From positions 1-64,000 of the IMG/VR virus record IMGVR_UViG_3300024331_000061: a stretch of DNA of 64,000 nucleotides. The stretch is one strand, 5' to 3'. Origin of the DNA: a virus. Taxonomy: Duplodnaviria; Caudoviricetes. The notes under the pieces are model-generated. The model was not told the DNA's origin. It made no database searches and saw only the letters and a program-made list of their open reading frames with translations. Positions within the stretch are counted from its first letter, which is position 1; each line of letters opens with the position of its first letter. Below are positions 51,330 through 59,666 of this stretch, one piece after another. The position numbers and the translations under genes are program-made.

Positions 51330-53006
51330 TTACAATGCGCCGCTGGCGAAGTCCGCCAGCAGCCTCGGCACGGCCTGGTCGAACCCGGATACGTCCAGCG
51401 TGCGCCAGTCGGCCGGGTCCGCGATGGTGAAGTTGGTGGGCGTGTAGGCCACGACAGCCAGCCGGGCGTCGATGCCCATCTTCTGCCGGTAGTCCTCCAG
51501 GGCCTGGTGCGGGTGGATGTCCCCGTACCAGGTCTCGTTGTCGGTGTGGATCTCGAACACGTCCACCGGGATGCGGTGCTTGGCCGCCTCCAGCATCGGG
51601 ACGGCGCAGTTCGTGCCGCCCATCTGCATCCCGAGCGCGACCTGCATCACGTCATCCAGGCGCATGCGCGGGCTGATGGGGTACTCGCTGATGCCCGAGT
51701 TCATCCCGTTGATCCGGGTCCACCGGCTCGGGTAGCTGCCGTGGGTGAACGCGGTGATCATGTGCTGCGGCTCGGTGGCCGCCGTCACCAGCGCGGCTGC
51801 ACTGGCCAGCTCGCGGCAGCTGATGGGCAGGCCGCCAGCCGGGTGGCCCATCGAGCCGCTGATGTCCACGGCCACGTTGCGCCGCTTCCCGGTCACCGGC
51901 ACCGCGCCGTAGCTCAGGTAGAACGACTCGTCCAGCGCATCGCAGACCTGCTGGCTGACCGGCCAGTGATCCGTGCTGCGGGCACCGTGCCCGCTGGCGT
52001 AGGTGCGCAGCGCGACCAGCTGGTTGACCGGGTGGATGCGGGCCTTCGCCAGCCCCTCGGCGTCGGTCAGCCGGGCGGTCACCAGGCGCGTGGTCTCGCT
52101 CATGGGGGTGAGCAGGCCGAGGCGGCTGATCTGGCCCAGGCGCTTGACCAGCGTGCCCAGCGGGATGCCGGTGTGGATCAGCGCGTCCCAGACCTCGGGG
52201 CTGGCCAGGGCCTCGGACGGCAGCATCTCGTGCGTCAGCTTGGACGTGCCGGGCGTGCCGTTGTAGTCCCCGATCAGCCGGGCGATCTGGTGGTTCGTGG
52301 TGCCGGGGTGCCAGACCTGCTGGTAGGCGTGCAGCAGCTGGGGCATGTCGCCCTTCAGCCACATCGACTCGCGGCGGCCCTTCAGGATGTAGTTGAACAG
52401 CATCACGTGGCTGCGCGGGATGGGCTGGCGGCCGAAGTGGCTCAGCCGCAGCAGGTCGCGCTGGCTCCAGTCATCGCGGCTCTTGTACTTCATGACCTGG
52501 TAGGCGACCTCATCGGCGTCCTTGTCGGTGTACCACTTGCCGACCGCCTTGGTCAGCGCGCGGCCCCAGCCACGGAACTGCTCGATGTAGCCCGCGAACG
52601 TGAGCAGGTGCGAGCCGGTGCGGCAGACCAGCGGCAGCCGGTCGAGCGCGGCCTGGCGGTAGTGCGTGTCGCCCAGGCTGGCTGCGGCGGCGAGGGAGAA
52701 GATCGCCGGGTTGACGCGCGGTGCGCGCCCGCCGATGCTGATGTCCTCGATTTCCTCGATCAGCCGGTAGTCGTTCGCCTTGGCCATGCGGATCACCCGC
52801 GCAGCTGCGGCCTTGGTCATCTTGGGCTCGGTCGCGTTGAACGTGCCGCCCTCGGTGCCCATGGTCAGGAAGCGCCGCAGCGCGGTGACCTCGGAAGTCT
52901 GGAAGGTGTAGCCCCCGGCGCTGTTGGGCACCTGGCGCGGGTCAGCGCGCCGGGACTGCGGAGTAGGGGACCTGCGGGTGTATATGTCGGAAAGGGAGTC
53001 AGGCAT
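51330..53006 (-). CDS. rsr: Ro60/TROVE-domain RNA-binding protein with vWA domain
   Basis: QVPNSAGGYTF, RRFLTMGTEGGTF, WGRALTKAV, KYKSRDDWSQRDLLRLSH, VAVDISGSM, TDNETW, ADP-x-D-x-x-TLDVSGFD. Confidence 0.95.
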   Translation of the reverse strand: MPDSLSDIYTRRSPTPQSRRADPRQVPNSAGGYTFQTSEVTALRRFLTMGTEGGTFNATEPKMTKAAAARVIRMAKANDYRLIEEIEDISIGGRAPRVNPAIFSLAAAASLGDTHYRQAALDRLPLVCRTGSHLLTFAGYIEQFRGWGRALTKAVGKWYTDKDADEVAYQVMKYKSRDDWSQRDLLRLSHFGRQPIPRSHVMLFNYILKGRRESMWLKGDMPQLLHAYQQVWHPGTTNHQIARLIGDYNGTPGTSKLTHEMLPSEALASPEVWDALIHTGIPLGTLVKRLGQISRLGLLTPMSETTRLVTARLTDAEGLAKARIHPVNQLVALRTYASGHGARSTDHWPVSQQVCDALDESFYLSYGAVPVTGKRRNVAVDISGSMGHPAGGLPISCRELASAAALVTAATEPQHMITAFTHGSYPSRWTRINGMNSGISEYPISPRMRLDDVMQVALGMQMGGTNCAVPMLEAAKHRIPVDVFEIHTDNETWYGDIHPHQALEDYRQKMGIDARLAVVAYTPTNFTIADPADWRTLDVSGFDQAVPRLLADFASGAL

Positions 53007-53032
53007 CGTGATCGTTTCCTTTCATGAAGAAA

Positions 53033-53105
53033 GCCCCGCGAGCATAAGCATTCCGGCCGGGGATACTGTCCGACACGGTAACCGGCCGAATCCGGCTCGC
53101 GGGGC
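53033..53105 (-). ncRNA. Y-RNA-like unit 3 (minimal, 73 nt)
   Basis: 11-bp terminal stem; GAGCCGGATT...GGTTACC and TTATGCTC motifs shared with units 1 and 2. Confidence 0.7.
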
Positions 53106-53186
53106 ATTCAGTTCTTCTGGGTTGAGCAGCTGCCGTGTCCCCCGGTTTGGGGGGGTGAACCAAGGGACACATGCAGCCACAAAAAG

Positions 53187-53282
53187 CGCGGCGAGCATAA
53201 ATGAAAGCCCGGTAAGAAGTGCCCTTGCGGACACCTTCCCGTTTGGAAGGCGGTAACCGGACCTAATCCGGCTCGCCACGCG
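53187..53282 (-). ncRNA. Y-RNA-like unit 2 (96 nt)
   Basis: Terminal stem CGCGTGGCGAGC/GCTCGCCGCG, same conserved motifs, internal GCAA tetraloop hairpin, followed by TTTTT. Confidence 0.72.
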
Positions 53283-53299
53283 GATGATCTTGAGTTATG

Positions 53300-53449
53300 G
53301 GCGATGAGCATAAATCTCAGCCTGGGGTTTTAGCGCTCTAGCCCTGAGCTACCGTCCCTGGCCCTTTCGGGTTAGCGGGACGGGCGGGGACTCCAACCCC
53401 GCATCCTCTCCGTTAGCAGCGGTAACCAGACCAATTCCGGCTCATCACC
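53300..53449 (-). ncRNA. yrlA: YrlA-like Y RNA unit 1 (150 nt) containing a circularly permuted tRNA-like domain
   Basis: Stem GGTGATGAGC/GCTCATCGCC; T arm, 7-bp acceptor CCGTCCC/GGGACGG capped by CCC-GAAA-GGG, D arm GCTC-AGGGCTA-GAGC; upstream of Ro60. Confidence 0.85.
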
Positions 53450-53457
53450 TTGTCCAT

Positions 53458-53486
53458 AAGCTAGACGACTTTCGCCGGTCTGTCAA
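53458..53486 (-). promoter_or_regulatory. SigA-type promoter for the Y RNA-Ro60 cassette
   Basis: TTGACA-17 nt-TAGCTT; predicted start site a few nt before the first Y RNA stem. Confidence 0.8.
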
Positions 53487-53491
53487 ATCCA

Positions 53492-55147
53492 TTACCGCCA
53501 TGCCTTCACGTTGGGCCGCTCGCGGTTCTCCTGAGCCTGGCTGAGCGTGTCATCCTGCGGCGCGAACCCGTCTTCGGTCCAGTCGCCCCCGGCCCTGGAG
53601 TAGGCACCGCCGTGCGCGCTGGCCAGGCGGCGGCGCATGCTGCTCACCCTGCCGCCGGGCTCTTCCTCGATGTCCGGGCCGTACTCGGCCAGGTCCTGCA
53701 TGCCAGCCCACTCCCGCTTGGTGGCGGGCACCAGCGGGCCGAAGGTAGCGTTCAGCCAGAAGTGGCAGCCCCACACCAGCGAGTCCAGCCTGTCTGGTGA
53801 GCGCTCCCCCTGGGCTCCGGTGAAGCTGCACATCTGGTCCTCAAGGTCTACGAAACGCTCGGTGTCGGTATGCCAGATCCTGTCTCCGCTGTCCGGGTCG
53901 GTGATCTGGTATGTGACGGACTTGTTGCAGTGCCGGACTATGCCGCGCTCATACAGGGCCGATACCGGCTCAGCACGGGTCCGCTTAGCCTGGCTGGCGT
54001 GTACCAGCTCGTAGGGGACACGGCCGGTCTCCTTCATGACCTGCTCGAATGTGGACTTCAGCCAGCCCCCGCCGTGGTTCTTCTCGATCACCAGGGTGGC
54101 GTGCAGCTCCTGGGCCTTCTTGATCACCCGCTTGGCGAACATCACCGGGGACTCCTGGCCGCCCCAGCTCTCTATGACGTAGACGTGCGGGTCATCGACC
54201 TGCCCCCTGGCGACCACGGTGTACGCCTGCTCGTCGCTGTCCTCAGCCCCGTCACTGGGGTCCACGCCGATGTAGACCCTGGTCAGGAACGTCGGGCCGC
54301 CTTCCTCGCCCACGCCGGGGCACTGGATGGAATCGACCAGCTCGCGGGTCCACAGGGCGTTCGCCACGTCGTCCAGCAGCTCGCCCTCCAGCTCCTGGCG
54401 TTCGAGCCGGGTGCCCTTGGCCGCGCCGACGACAGCCCGGTAGAACGCCTCGGACAGGTTGGCGATGTTGTCGATGGTGCGCAGCCGCCGGGTGATCACG
54501 CCGCCGTGCTCGGGCTCGTTGCGGATCAGTGACCGGACCAGCTTGCGCGCCGGTCGGCTGACCTTGGGCGTGCCGGTGGCGATGATCTTGGACACGCCCA
54601 TCCGCACCGCGTACCGCAGCGATTCGCCCCAGGCCACTTCCCACTTCTGCCAGAGCCCGATTTCGTCGCACCAGGCCGCCTTCAGGTTGCGGCCCTGGAT
54701 GCGCAGGCCGCCCTCGTCGGCGCTGTCCACGTAGATCACCACGCCGTTGTGCATGACCACCTGGCCGTAGGTGCGCCAGGCGCTGCGGACCAGCTTGGAG
54801 CGGTGGTCCTTGACCTCGGCCATGGAGGTCCCCAGCGCCCTCAGGATGCCGCTCTCGCCCTCCACGCACTTGGTCCAGGCGTCGGCGTAGGTCGGCGCGA
54901 TGATGCCGTACTCGCCCTCTCCGTCGGTATCCATGAGCACGATGTCCGCCAGCCCCTGGGCACCGGCCCTGGTCTTGCCGCTGCCCCGGCCGCCCTGGAG
55001 GTAGAACACCCGCCACGGGTCCTCGATAGGCGGCAGCAGCTGCTCGGGCCTGCTGGTCGCGCGCCACCGCACGCGCGGGTCCTCGCTGGGTTTGGACAGC
55101 TCATCTGACCAGCTCGCCAGGACGATCTCGTCAGCGGTGGCGGTGAT
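53492..55147 (-). CDS. terL: Terminase large subunit (ORF track starts at 55072; open frame extends to 55150)
   Basis: GGRGSGKT Walker A, AWCDEIG Walker B, YIGVDPS and PDRLDSL nuclease motifs. Confidence 0.93.
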   Translation of the reverse strand: MTATADEIVLASWSDELSKPSEDPRVRWRATSRPEQLLPPIEDPWRVFYLQGGRGSGKTRAGAQGLADIVLMDTDGEGEYGIIAPTYADAWTKCVEGESGILRALGTSMAEVKDHRSKLVRSAWRTYGQVVMHNGVVIYVDSADEGGLRIQGRNLKAAWCDEIGLWQKWEVAWGESLRYAVRMGVSKIIATGTPKVSRPARKLVRSLIRNEPEHGGVITRRLRTIDNIANLSEAFYRAVVGAAKGTRLERQELEGELLDDVANALWTRELVDSIQCPGVGEEGGPTFLTRVYIGVDPSDGAEDSDEQAYTVVARGQVDDPHVYVIESWGGQESPVMFAKRVIKKAQELHATLVIEKNHGGGWLKSTFEQVMKETGRVPYELVHASQAKRTRAEPVSALYERGIVRHCNKSVTYQITDPDSGDRIWHTDTERFVDLEDQMCSFTGAQGERSPDRLDSLVWGCHFWLNATFGPLVPATKREWAGMQDLAEYGPDIEEEPGGRVSSMRRRLASAHGGAYSRAGGDWTEDGFAPQDDTLSQAQENRERPNVKAWR

Positions 55148-55150
55148 GGC

Positions 55151-55396
55151 CTACTCCGGGCCTAGCTCCGGGGCCAGCGTGACCACGGTCGGCGCGTCCA
55201 CCAGCCCGGCCTTGTGCAGCCCGTCGCGGGTGCGGATGATCAGGTGCCCCAGCTCGTCCTTGCGCTCGGTCTGGAGGCTGTGCAGGATGTCGTCCTCGTG
55301 GCCGGTGATGACGTGCTCGCCGTCGGGCACGTCGCCGGTCGCAGTGACCGCGATGCTGCCGTTGTTGGACTTGATCGTGATCGTGTAGTCGCCCAT
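55151..55396 (-). CDS. Hypothetical protein, in frame with terL across a TAG
   Basis: 81 aa, GC3-rich codons. Confidence 0.65.
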   Translation of the reverse strand: MGDYTITIKSNNGSIAVTATGDVPDGEHVITGHEDDILHSLQTERKDELGHLIIRTRDGLHKAGLVDAPTVVTLAPELGPE

Positions 55397-55412
55397 CTGC
55401 CCAGGGTAACCC

Positions 55413-56186
55413 CTACTTGTGCAGCACGATGGTGATGATGATGGCGATCAGCGAAACCAGCATCGACGCGGCCATCAGGGAGACCACCACGTTGCTGTTC
55501 CGCAGCCCCTTTTCCTCGCGGCCCTCCCCGGCAGACTCCTTGATGCCCCGCGTGCGTTCCTCGATCGACGTGAGCCGGGTCCGGGCGTCATCGATCTTGT
55601 CATCGAGGGCCTTGCGGCTGGCGCTGCCTACCTGGTCCAGCGCCCTGATCTGCTCCTTGGTGTTGGCCTCGGATACCGCGATGGCCGCCGTGTTCGACTT
55701 GTTCTGCTCCTGCACGGCCTCCTTGGCGGCGGACAGGGCCGCATCCACGGCGGTCTTGCTGGCAGCGAACTGCCCGTCGATCGCGGCGAACTTCTCAGTC
55801 AGCCGGACGGCGATGATCTCGATCTGGCTCATGATGAACTCGCGCTCAGCATCGTCCCGGCTGTCCCGCTCAGCCCGCAGCAGGCCGACGAACTTATCCA
55901 GCTCCCTGGCCGCCAGGGCGATGGCCGTGTCCATGCCGTCGAGCCGCTGCTCGATCAGGGCGCGGGCTGACTCCAGGTCCCCGGTGAACTCGCGGCGGCG
56001 GCTCTCCAGCGCCTCGCCCAGGGCAGTGAACCGGGCCTCGAACGTCTCGCGCAGCGCGGTCAGCTCGCGGCGGAACACCTCGGTGGCACGTTCGACCGCT
56101 TCGGTGGTGAGCGTGGTGGGGTCGGGGATCGGCACCCAGCCGCCCCCCGACGTACGTCCTGGCTGATCAGGCCCGCCGTCTGCCAT
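55413..56186 (-). CDS. Coiled-coil protein with C-terminal TM helix
   Basis: 257 aa helical, terminal VVVSLMAASMLVSLIAIIITIVL. Confidence 0.75.
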   Translation of the reverse strand: MADGGPDQPGRTSGGGWVPIPDPTTLTTEAVERATEVFRRELTALRETFEARFTALGEALESRRREFTGDLESARALIEQRLDGMDTAIALAARELDKFVGLLRAERDSRDDAEREFIMSQIEIIAVRLTEKFAAIDGQFAASKTAVDAALSAAKEAVQEQNKSNTAAIAVSEANTKEQIRALDQVGSASRKALDDKIDDARTRLTSIEERTRGIKESAGEGREEKGLRNSNVVVSLMAASMLVSLIAIIITIVLHK

Positions 56187-56237
56187 ACCTCAATTGTCAC
56201 CGCAGGGCCTGACAATAACGAACAGCTCAGGTAACGC

Positions 56238-56915
56238 TCAGGCAACGACCTTGAGGTGCTTGCGGAACGTCTCGCGGGCGTGGCCCTTGCGGTCCAGTGG
56301 CACGCCCGAGTCCTCCAGGGCCAGGTCCAGCGCCCGGTCGAGCATCTCCATCGTCTGCTGCCGGATGCCTACCAGGCGGGCGTCCAGGTTGAGCCGCCCC
56401 GTGCTCAGCAGCACGCCGGACAGGTCGCGCAGCGCCTGGGTGTAGAGCGCCACGTCGGTCAGCATCTGCTCGCCGGTCTTGCCCGCGTAGCCGCGCCGGT
56501 TGAGCTTGGCCACTTCCTTGCGCAGGATGTCCTTCCACGTCTTCAGCTCGCCTATGACGGCCATCAGCTCGCCGTAGGGGTCCGTCACCGGATCGGGGTG
56601 CTCCAGGTCCGCAGCGTGCTGCTCGATGATCTCCTGGGCGCGCTCAGGCATCCTGCCGTGCAGCAGGGCCAGGCTGACCTTCGCCAGCTGGGCTGGCTTG
56701 TGCTTGGAGCACGCGGGCGGGTCGGTGCCCTCTGCGGCCAGCTCGGTGCAGACGCCGTGGCGGCACCGCTTCACCCCGGTGACCGCCTCGGCTTCCTCCA
56801 GCATCGACGCGGGCATGTGCCGCAGGCAGAACTCCATGCCCTCCACCTCGTACCGCTGGCAGCGCCGCCCGCCAGCGTCCGAGTCGATGCACCGTACTGA
56901 GCCGAGGTTCCGCAT
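56238..56915 (-). CDS. terS: Probable terminase small subunit (Cys/His N-terminus, helical C-terminus)
   Basis: RC...RRC...FCLRH and RC...C...CSKH repeats; DPYGEL...; upstream of terL; start uncertain. Confidence 0.55.
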   Translation of the reverse strand: MRNLGSVRCIDSDAGGRRCQRYEVEGMEFCLRHMPASMLEEAEAVTGVKRCRHGVCTELAAEGTDPPACSKHKPAQLAKVSLALLHGRMPERAQEIIEQHAADLEHPDPVTDPYGELMAVIGELKTWKDILRKEVAKLNRRGYAGKTGEQMLTDVALYTQALRDLSGVLLSTGRLNLDARLVGIRQQTMEMLDRALDLALEDSGVPLDRKGHARETFRKHLKVVA

Positions 56916-57051
56916 GTGCTCATTGTGCACGACAAACGCCCCGGCGCGGCGGCACCGGGGCGTCTGCGGCTCGCGCAGCTGGCGAGGCACCGGGCGGTCC
57001 AGGTGCCTGGAGCGGCCAGCTATCCCACTCGCGCGAGCTAAATCGTCGTGA

Positions 57052-57720
57052 CTAGGAGTTGTTCTTGCCCCAGAGCTGGCCAGTGCGGCTGTGGTCGATG
57101 GCGAACTTGACCTGGATGCGGGCACCCTTGACGCCGATCGAGCCGTTGTTGGCCGGGTTGGTCATCACGAGGTGGTTGATCGGCTCGGTGTAGCTGACGA
57201 ACTGGCCGTCAGCTGCGCCGAAGTCGGTCACGTTGAAGGTCTGCCAGGGGTTGAACTTGTTGGCGACCGTGTTGCAGACCCGGAGCTGCGCCGTGGCGAA
57301 GCCGTTGGGGTTCACCGAGGACAGGCACAGCCCGGAGCGGACGCCGAGCGGCGCGAACTCCAGGCTCACGGCGCTGCTGGTGACGCCGAACCTGTCGGTC
57401 AGCGTGGTGGTCGTGGTGATGGCACCGACATTGGCGGTCGAGGTGTCCGTGGTCAGGTGCGTCACGACCACCCAGTCCTCTGCCTTGTCGGTGGCCGACC
57501 GGGTGAAGACGATGATCGGGTTGCCGACGACCTTGGCCGCGCCCTGCACGTCGAGGTCGGGCCGGTTCGGCACCTCGGACTGGATGCTGCGGCAACCGTT
57601 GAGCGCGATGTCGCATGCGTGCGTGCTGGCGTTCGCCGTGCCGGACAGGCCGACGGCCAGGCCGCCAGCTACCAGCACCGAGCCAGCCAGGATGGCCAGC
57701 CTCTTGTTCCTGCGCTTCAT
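57052..57720 (-). CDS. Secreted protein with ricin-B-lectin-like motifs
   Basis: Signal peptide MKRRNKRLAILAGS...ANA; SGLCL, QLRVCN, WQTF, GQLW. Confidence 0.65.
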   Translation of the reverse strand: MKRRNKRLAILAGSVLVAGGLAVGLSGTANASTHACDIALNGCRSIQSEVPNRPDLDVQGAAKVVGNPIIVFTRSATDKAEDWVVVTHLTTDTSTANVGAITTTTTLTDRFGVTSSAVSLEFAPLGVRSGLCLSSVNPNGFATAQLRVCNTVANKFNPWQTFNVTDFGAADGQFVSYTEPINHLVMTNPANNGSIGVKGARIQVKFAIDHSRTGQLWGKNNS

Positions 57721-57783
57721 CGTGATCCTTTCGTCATCGTGAGGGCGATCCCCCCACACTTATCGCCCGATTCACACGGGACT

Positions 57784-58257
57784 CTACACCCGGAACGCCA
57801 TGGTGGGAGCCCACCAGCCGCTCCAGGAGTGCCACCACACCCGTGTACCAGTTTGCTGGGCTCCGAAGGAGGTGTGGTGCCAGATCGTTGCGAACTCGAC
57901 ATGCCCGGACCCGAAGAACAGCAGGTCACCGCGCTGGGCCTGGCTGACCGGGACCACACGGGCGTGGGCGTACAGCCAGGCGATCATGGCATAGGTGGTG
58001 CGGACGGAGGACGGCCAGTGCGGGTTCGTATGCAGCATCGAGGCGTACACCAGGCCCGAGCAGTCGAATACCGCCGGGCCGGTTCCGCCCCAGCCGTACC
58101 AGTGCCCGGCTCCGTGGGCCTCGGCCCAGTTGAGCGCCGCGTTGCCGTAGCTGGTGCTGGCCTGGGCTGGCTGGGTGTGGACTACCGCCGTCGCTAGCCC
58201 GGTCACCATGGCCACCGCAGCGATCGTGCGCGCAATGCGCGCGTAATTGATGCGCAT
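57784..58257 (-). CDS. Secreted NlpC/P60 peptidoglycan endopeptidase
   Basis: Signal peptide ending AQA; WYGWGGTGPAVFDCSGLV, GDLLFF, GHV. Confidence 0.88.
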   Translation of the reverse strand: MRINYARIARTIAAVAMVTGLATAVVHTQPAQASTSYGNAALNWAEAHGAGHWYGWGGTGPAVFDCSGLVYASMLHTNPHWPSSVRTTYAMIAWLYAHARVVPVSQAQRGDLLFFGSGHVEFATIWHHTSFGAQQTGTRVWWHSWSGWWAPTMAFRV

Positions 58258-58259
58258 GG

Positions 58260-59144
58260 TCAGCACCCGTCGTAGGGGGACCAGTTGTTCTGCCCGCCCT
58301 GCGCCATCGCATTGTTGAAGATCTGCGTCTGGTAGCTGGCGCTGGCGTGGCCGAAGCTCGACGCGCTGCCGCCGTATGCCTGCCAGGTACTGGCGCTGAA
58401 CTGGTAGAGGCCGTAGTGGCCGCTGGAGTTCATGACCTGCGAGTTCCCGCCGCTCTCGCGGGTGATCACGCACTGCTGGAAGCCGCTGTAGTTGTGCGGG
58501 TTCACGTTGCCCATGCCGCCGCCCGAGCTGACGGTGACCGCCCGGTGGATGACCGTGCTGCCGCCGCCGTGCAGCAGCGAGCAGGGCATGTCGTGGGCTC
58601 CGTCGCCGTCGCCGTCGCCGCAGCCGTACTGCGTGTTGCCGTCGAATTGATCGCGGTGGCCGCCGCTGGCGGACAGCACCGCCTGCTGCGGGTGCCAGCG
58701 CTGCTGCGGCGGGTCGGCGTACTTCAGCTGGGACGGCAGGTACTGGCAGCTGATCGCCAGCTCCTGGCCCGTGCTGATCATGTTCGCGTTCTTGCCGGTC
58801 AGGTGGGCGGCGCGGCTGGCGGCGTAGATGCCGGTCCAGTCACGGGCCTGGCCGTGGCACTGCTCGTCCGCGATCGAGGACATCGACTGGCCCGCCTTGA
58901 CCTGGTAGGTCAGCAGGGCCGCGTCGGACTGCTGGCGGGTGGCCGCCAGGATGTGCCGGAAGCTGAGCTGCATCGCCAGCTTGTCGGGTCCGGCCGGGAC
59001 GGACGGGCCGGGGAGGGTTTGCGCCTGGGCGGCGCGGGAAGGCAGGAACACCATGACGAGCGCAGCCAGCCCGGTGAGGGCGAAAATAACCCCGCCAGCT
59101 GCTTGTTTCGTTACCTGCCAGAGGTGCGTGACACGTATCTTCAC
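58260..59144 (-). CDS. rpf: Secreted LysM plus Rpf-like transglycosylase (resuscitation-promoting factor-like)
   Basis: YQVKAGQSMSSIA LysM-like; CVITRESGGN...YGLYQFSASTWQAYGG...QNNWSP Rpf domain. Confidence 0.85.
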   Translation of the reverse strand: MKIRVTHLWQVTKQAAGGVIFALTGLAALVMVFLPSRAAQAQTLPGPSVPAGPDKLAMQLSFRHILAATRQQSDAALLTYQVKAGQSMSSIADEQCHGQARDWTGIYAASRAAHLTGKNANMISTGQELAISCQYLPSQLKYADPPQQRWHPQQAVLSASGGHRDQFDGNTQYGCGDGDGDGAHDMPCSLLHGGGSTVIHRAVTVSSGGGMGNVNPHNYSGFQQCVITRESGGNSQVMNSSGHYGLYQFSASTWQAYGGSASSFGHASASYQTQIFNNAMAQGGQNNWSPYDGC

Positions 59145-59219
59145 CGTTATCCTTCTGCCAGAGCGGTCGCTTCACCGGGGGGCTTCCTAAGGCGCAAACC
59201 CGGCTAGGCGCTGTCTACA

Positions 59220-59287
59220 GCAAAGCCCAGGTCGCGGTTGCTACCTGGGCTTTGCCAAGCGTTCAATAGGCCGCTAGCTAGCGGCCT
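59220..59287. other. Two intergenic hairpins upstream of the rpf-like gene
   Basis: 13-bp stem 59220-59255 and perfect 20-bp palindrome 59268-59287. Confidence 0.6.
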
Positions 59288-59366
59288 GCCTACTCAGCAG
59301 ACGTGAACGCATGGCAAGCAGCAGCCTAAACCTGCTGCCGGGCCATACGTCAAGGATCTCGGGGGT

Positions 59367-59666
59367 TTACTGCGCGTGCCGCCAGATGCACAGGCGCGGG
59401 ATGCACCGGCCGAGGTTGTGAAAATACAGGCTGACCTGCTCAGACGTGTAGCACAGGGTGCAGCCCTCGTCCGCTCCCTTCTTGTGCAGGGGACAGCGGA
59501 TGCTGACCAGCGGAGCTGGCTTGGCCATGGTTCCTCCCTCCGCGCACTCATAGCGCCCGGTCCTGGTGTGATACCAGCCGCGTACCGTGACGTGGCCGAA
59601 CTCGTGTCTCTCGAATGCCGTGCAGTCGCGGATCTGCTCCTTGCATTCGGTGCAGGTGATGATCAC
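59367..59666 (-). CDS. Cys/His-rich hypothetical protein
   Basis: CTEC, WYH, CPLH...CTLC. Confidence 0.6.
   Translation of the reverse strand: MIITCTECKEQIRDCTAFERHEFGHVTVRGWYHTRTGRYECAEGGTMAKPAPLVSIRCPLHKKGADEGCTLCYTSEQVSLYFHNLGRCIPRLCIWRHAQ

Noticed and set aside
53114-53180. Long hairpin between Y RNA units 2 and 3 as a fourth Y RNA
   Set aside because: Lacks the GAGCCGGA, GGTTACC and TTATGCTC motifs; probably a spacer or processing structure
53325-53425. A functional tRNA gene
   Set aside because: Arms are circularly permuted, the acceptor stem is closed by a loop and there is no CCA end; better explained as YrlA-like RNA
59150-59360. c-di-AMP (ydaO) riboswitch upstream of rpf
   Set aside because: Conserved GCUGAA, GGGGGA and UCAGCUAA elements not found in the expected order
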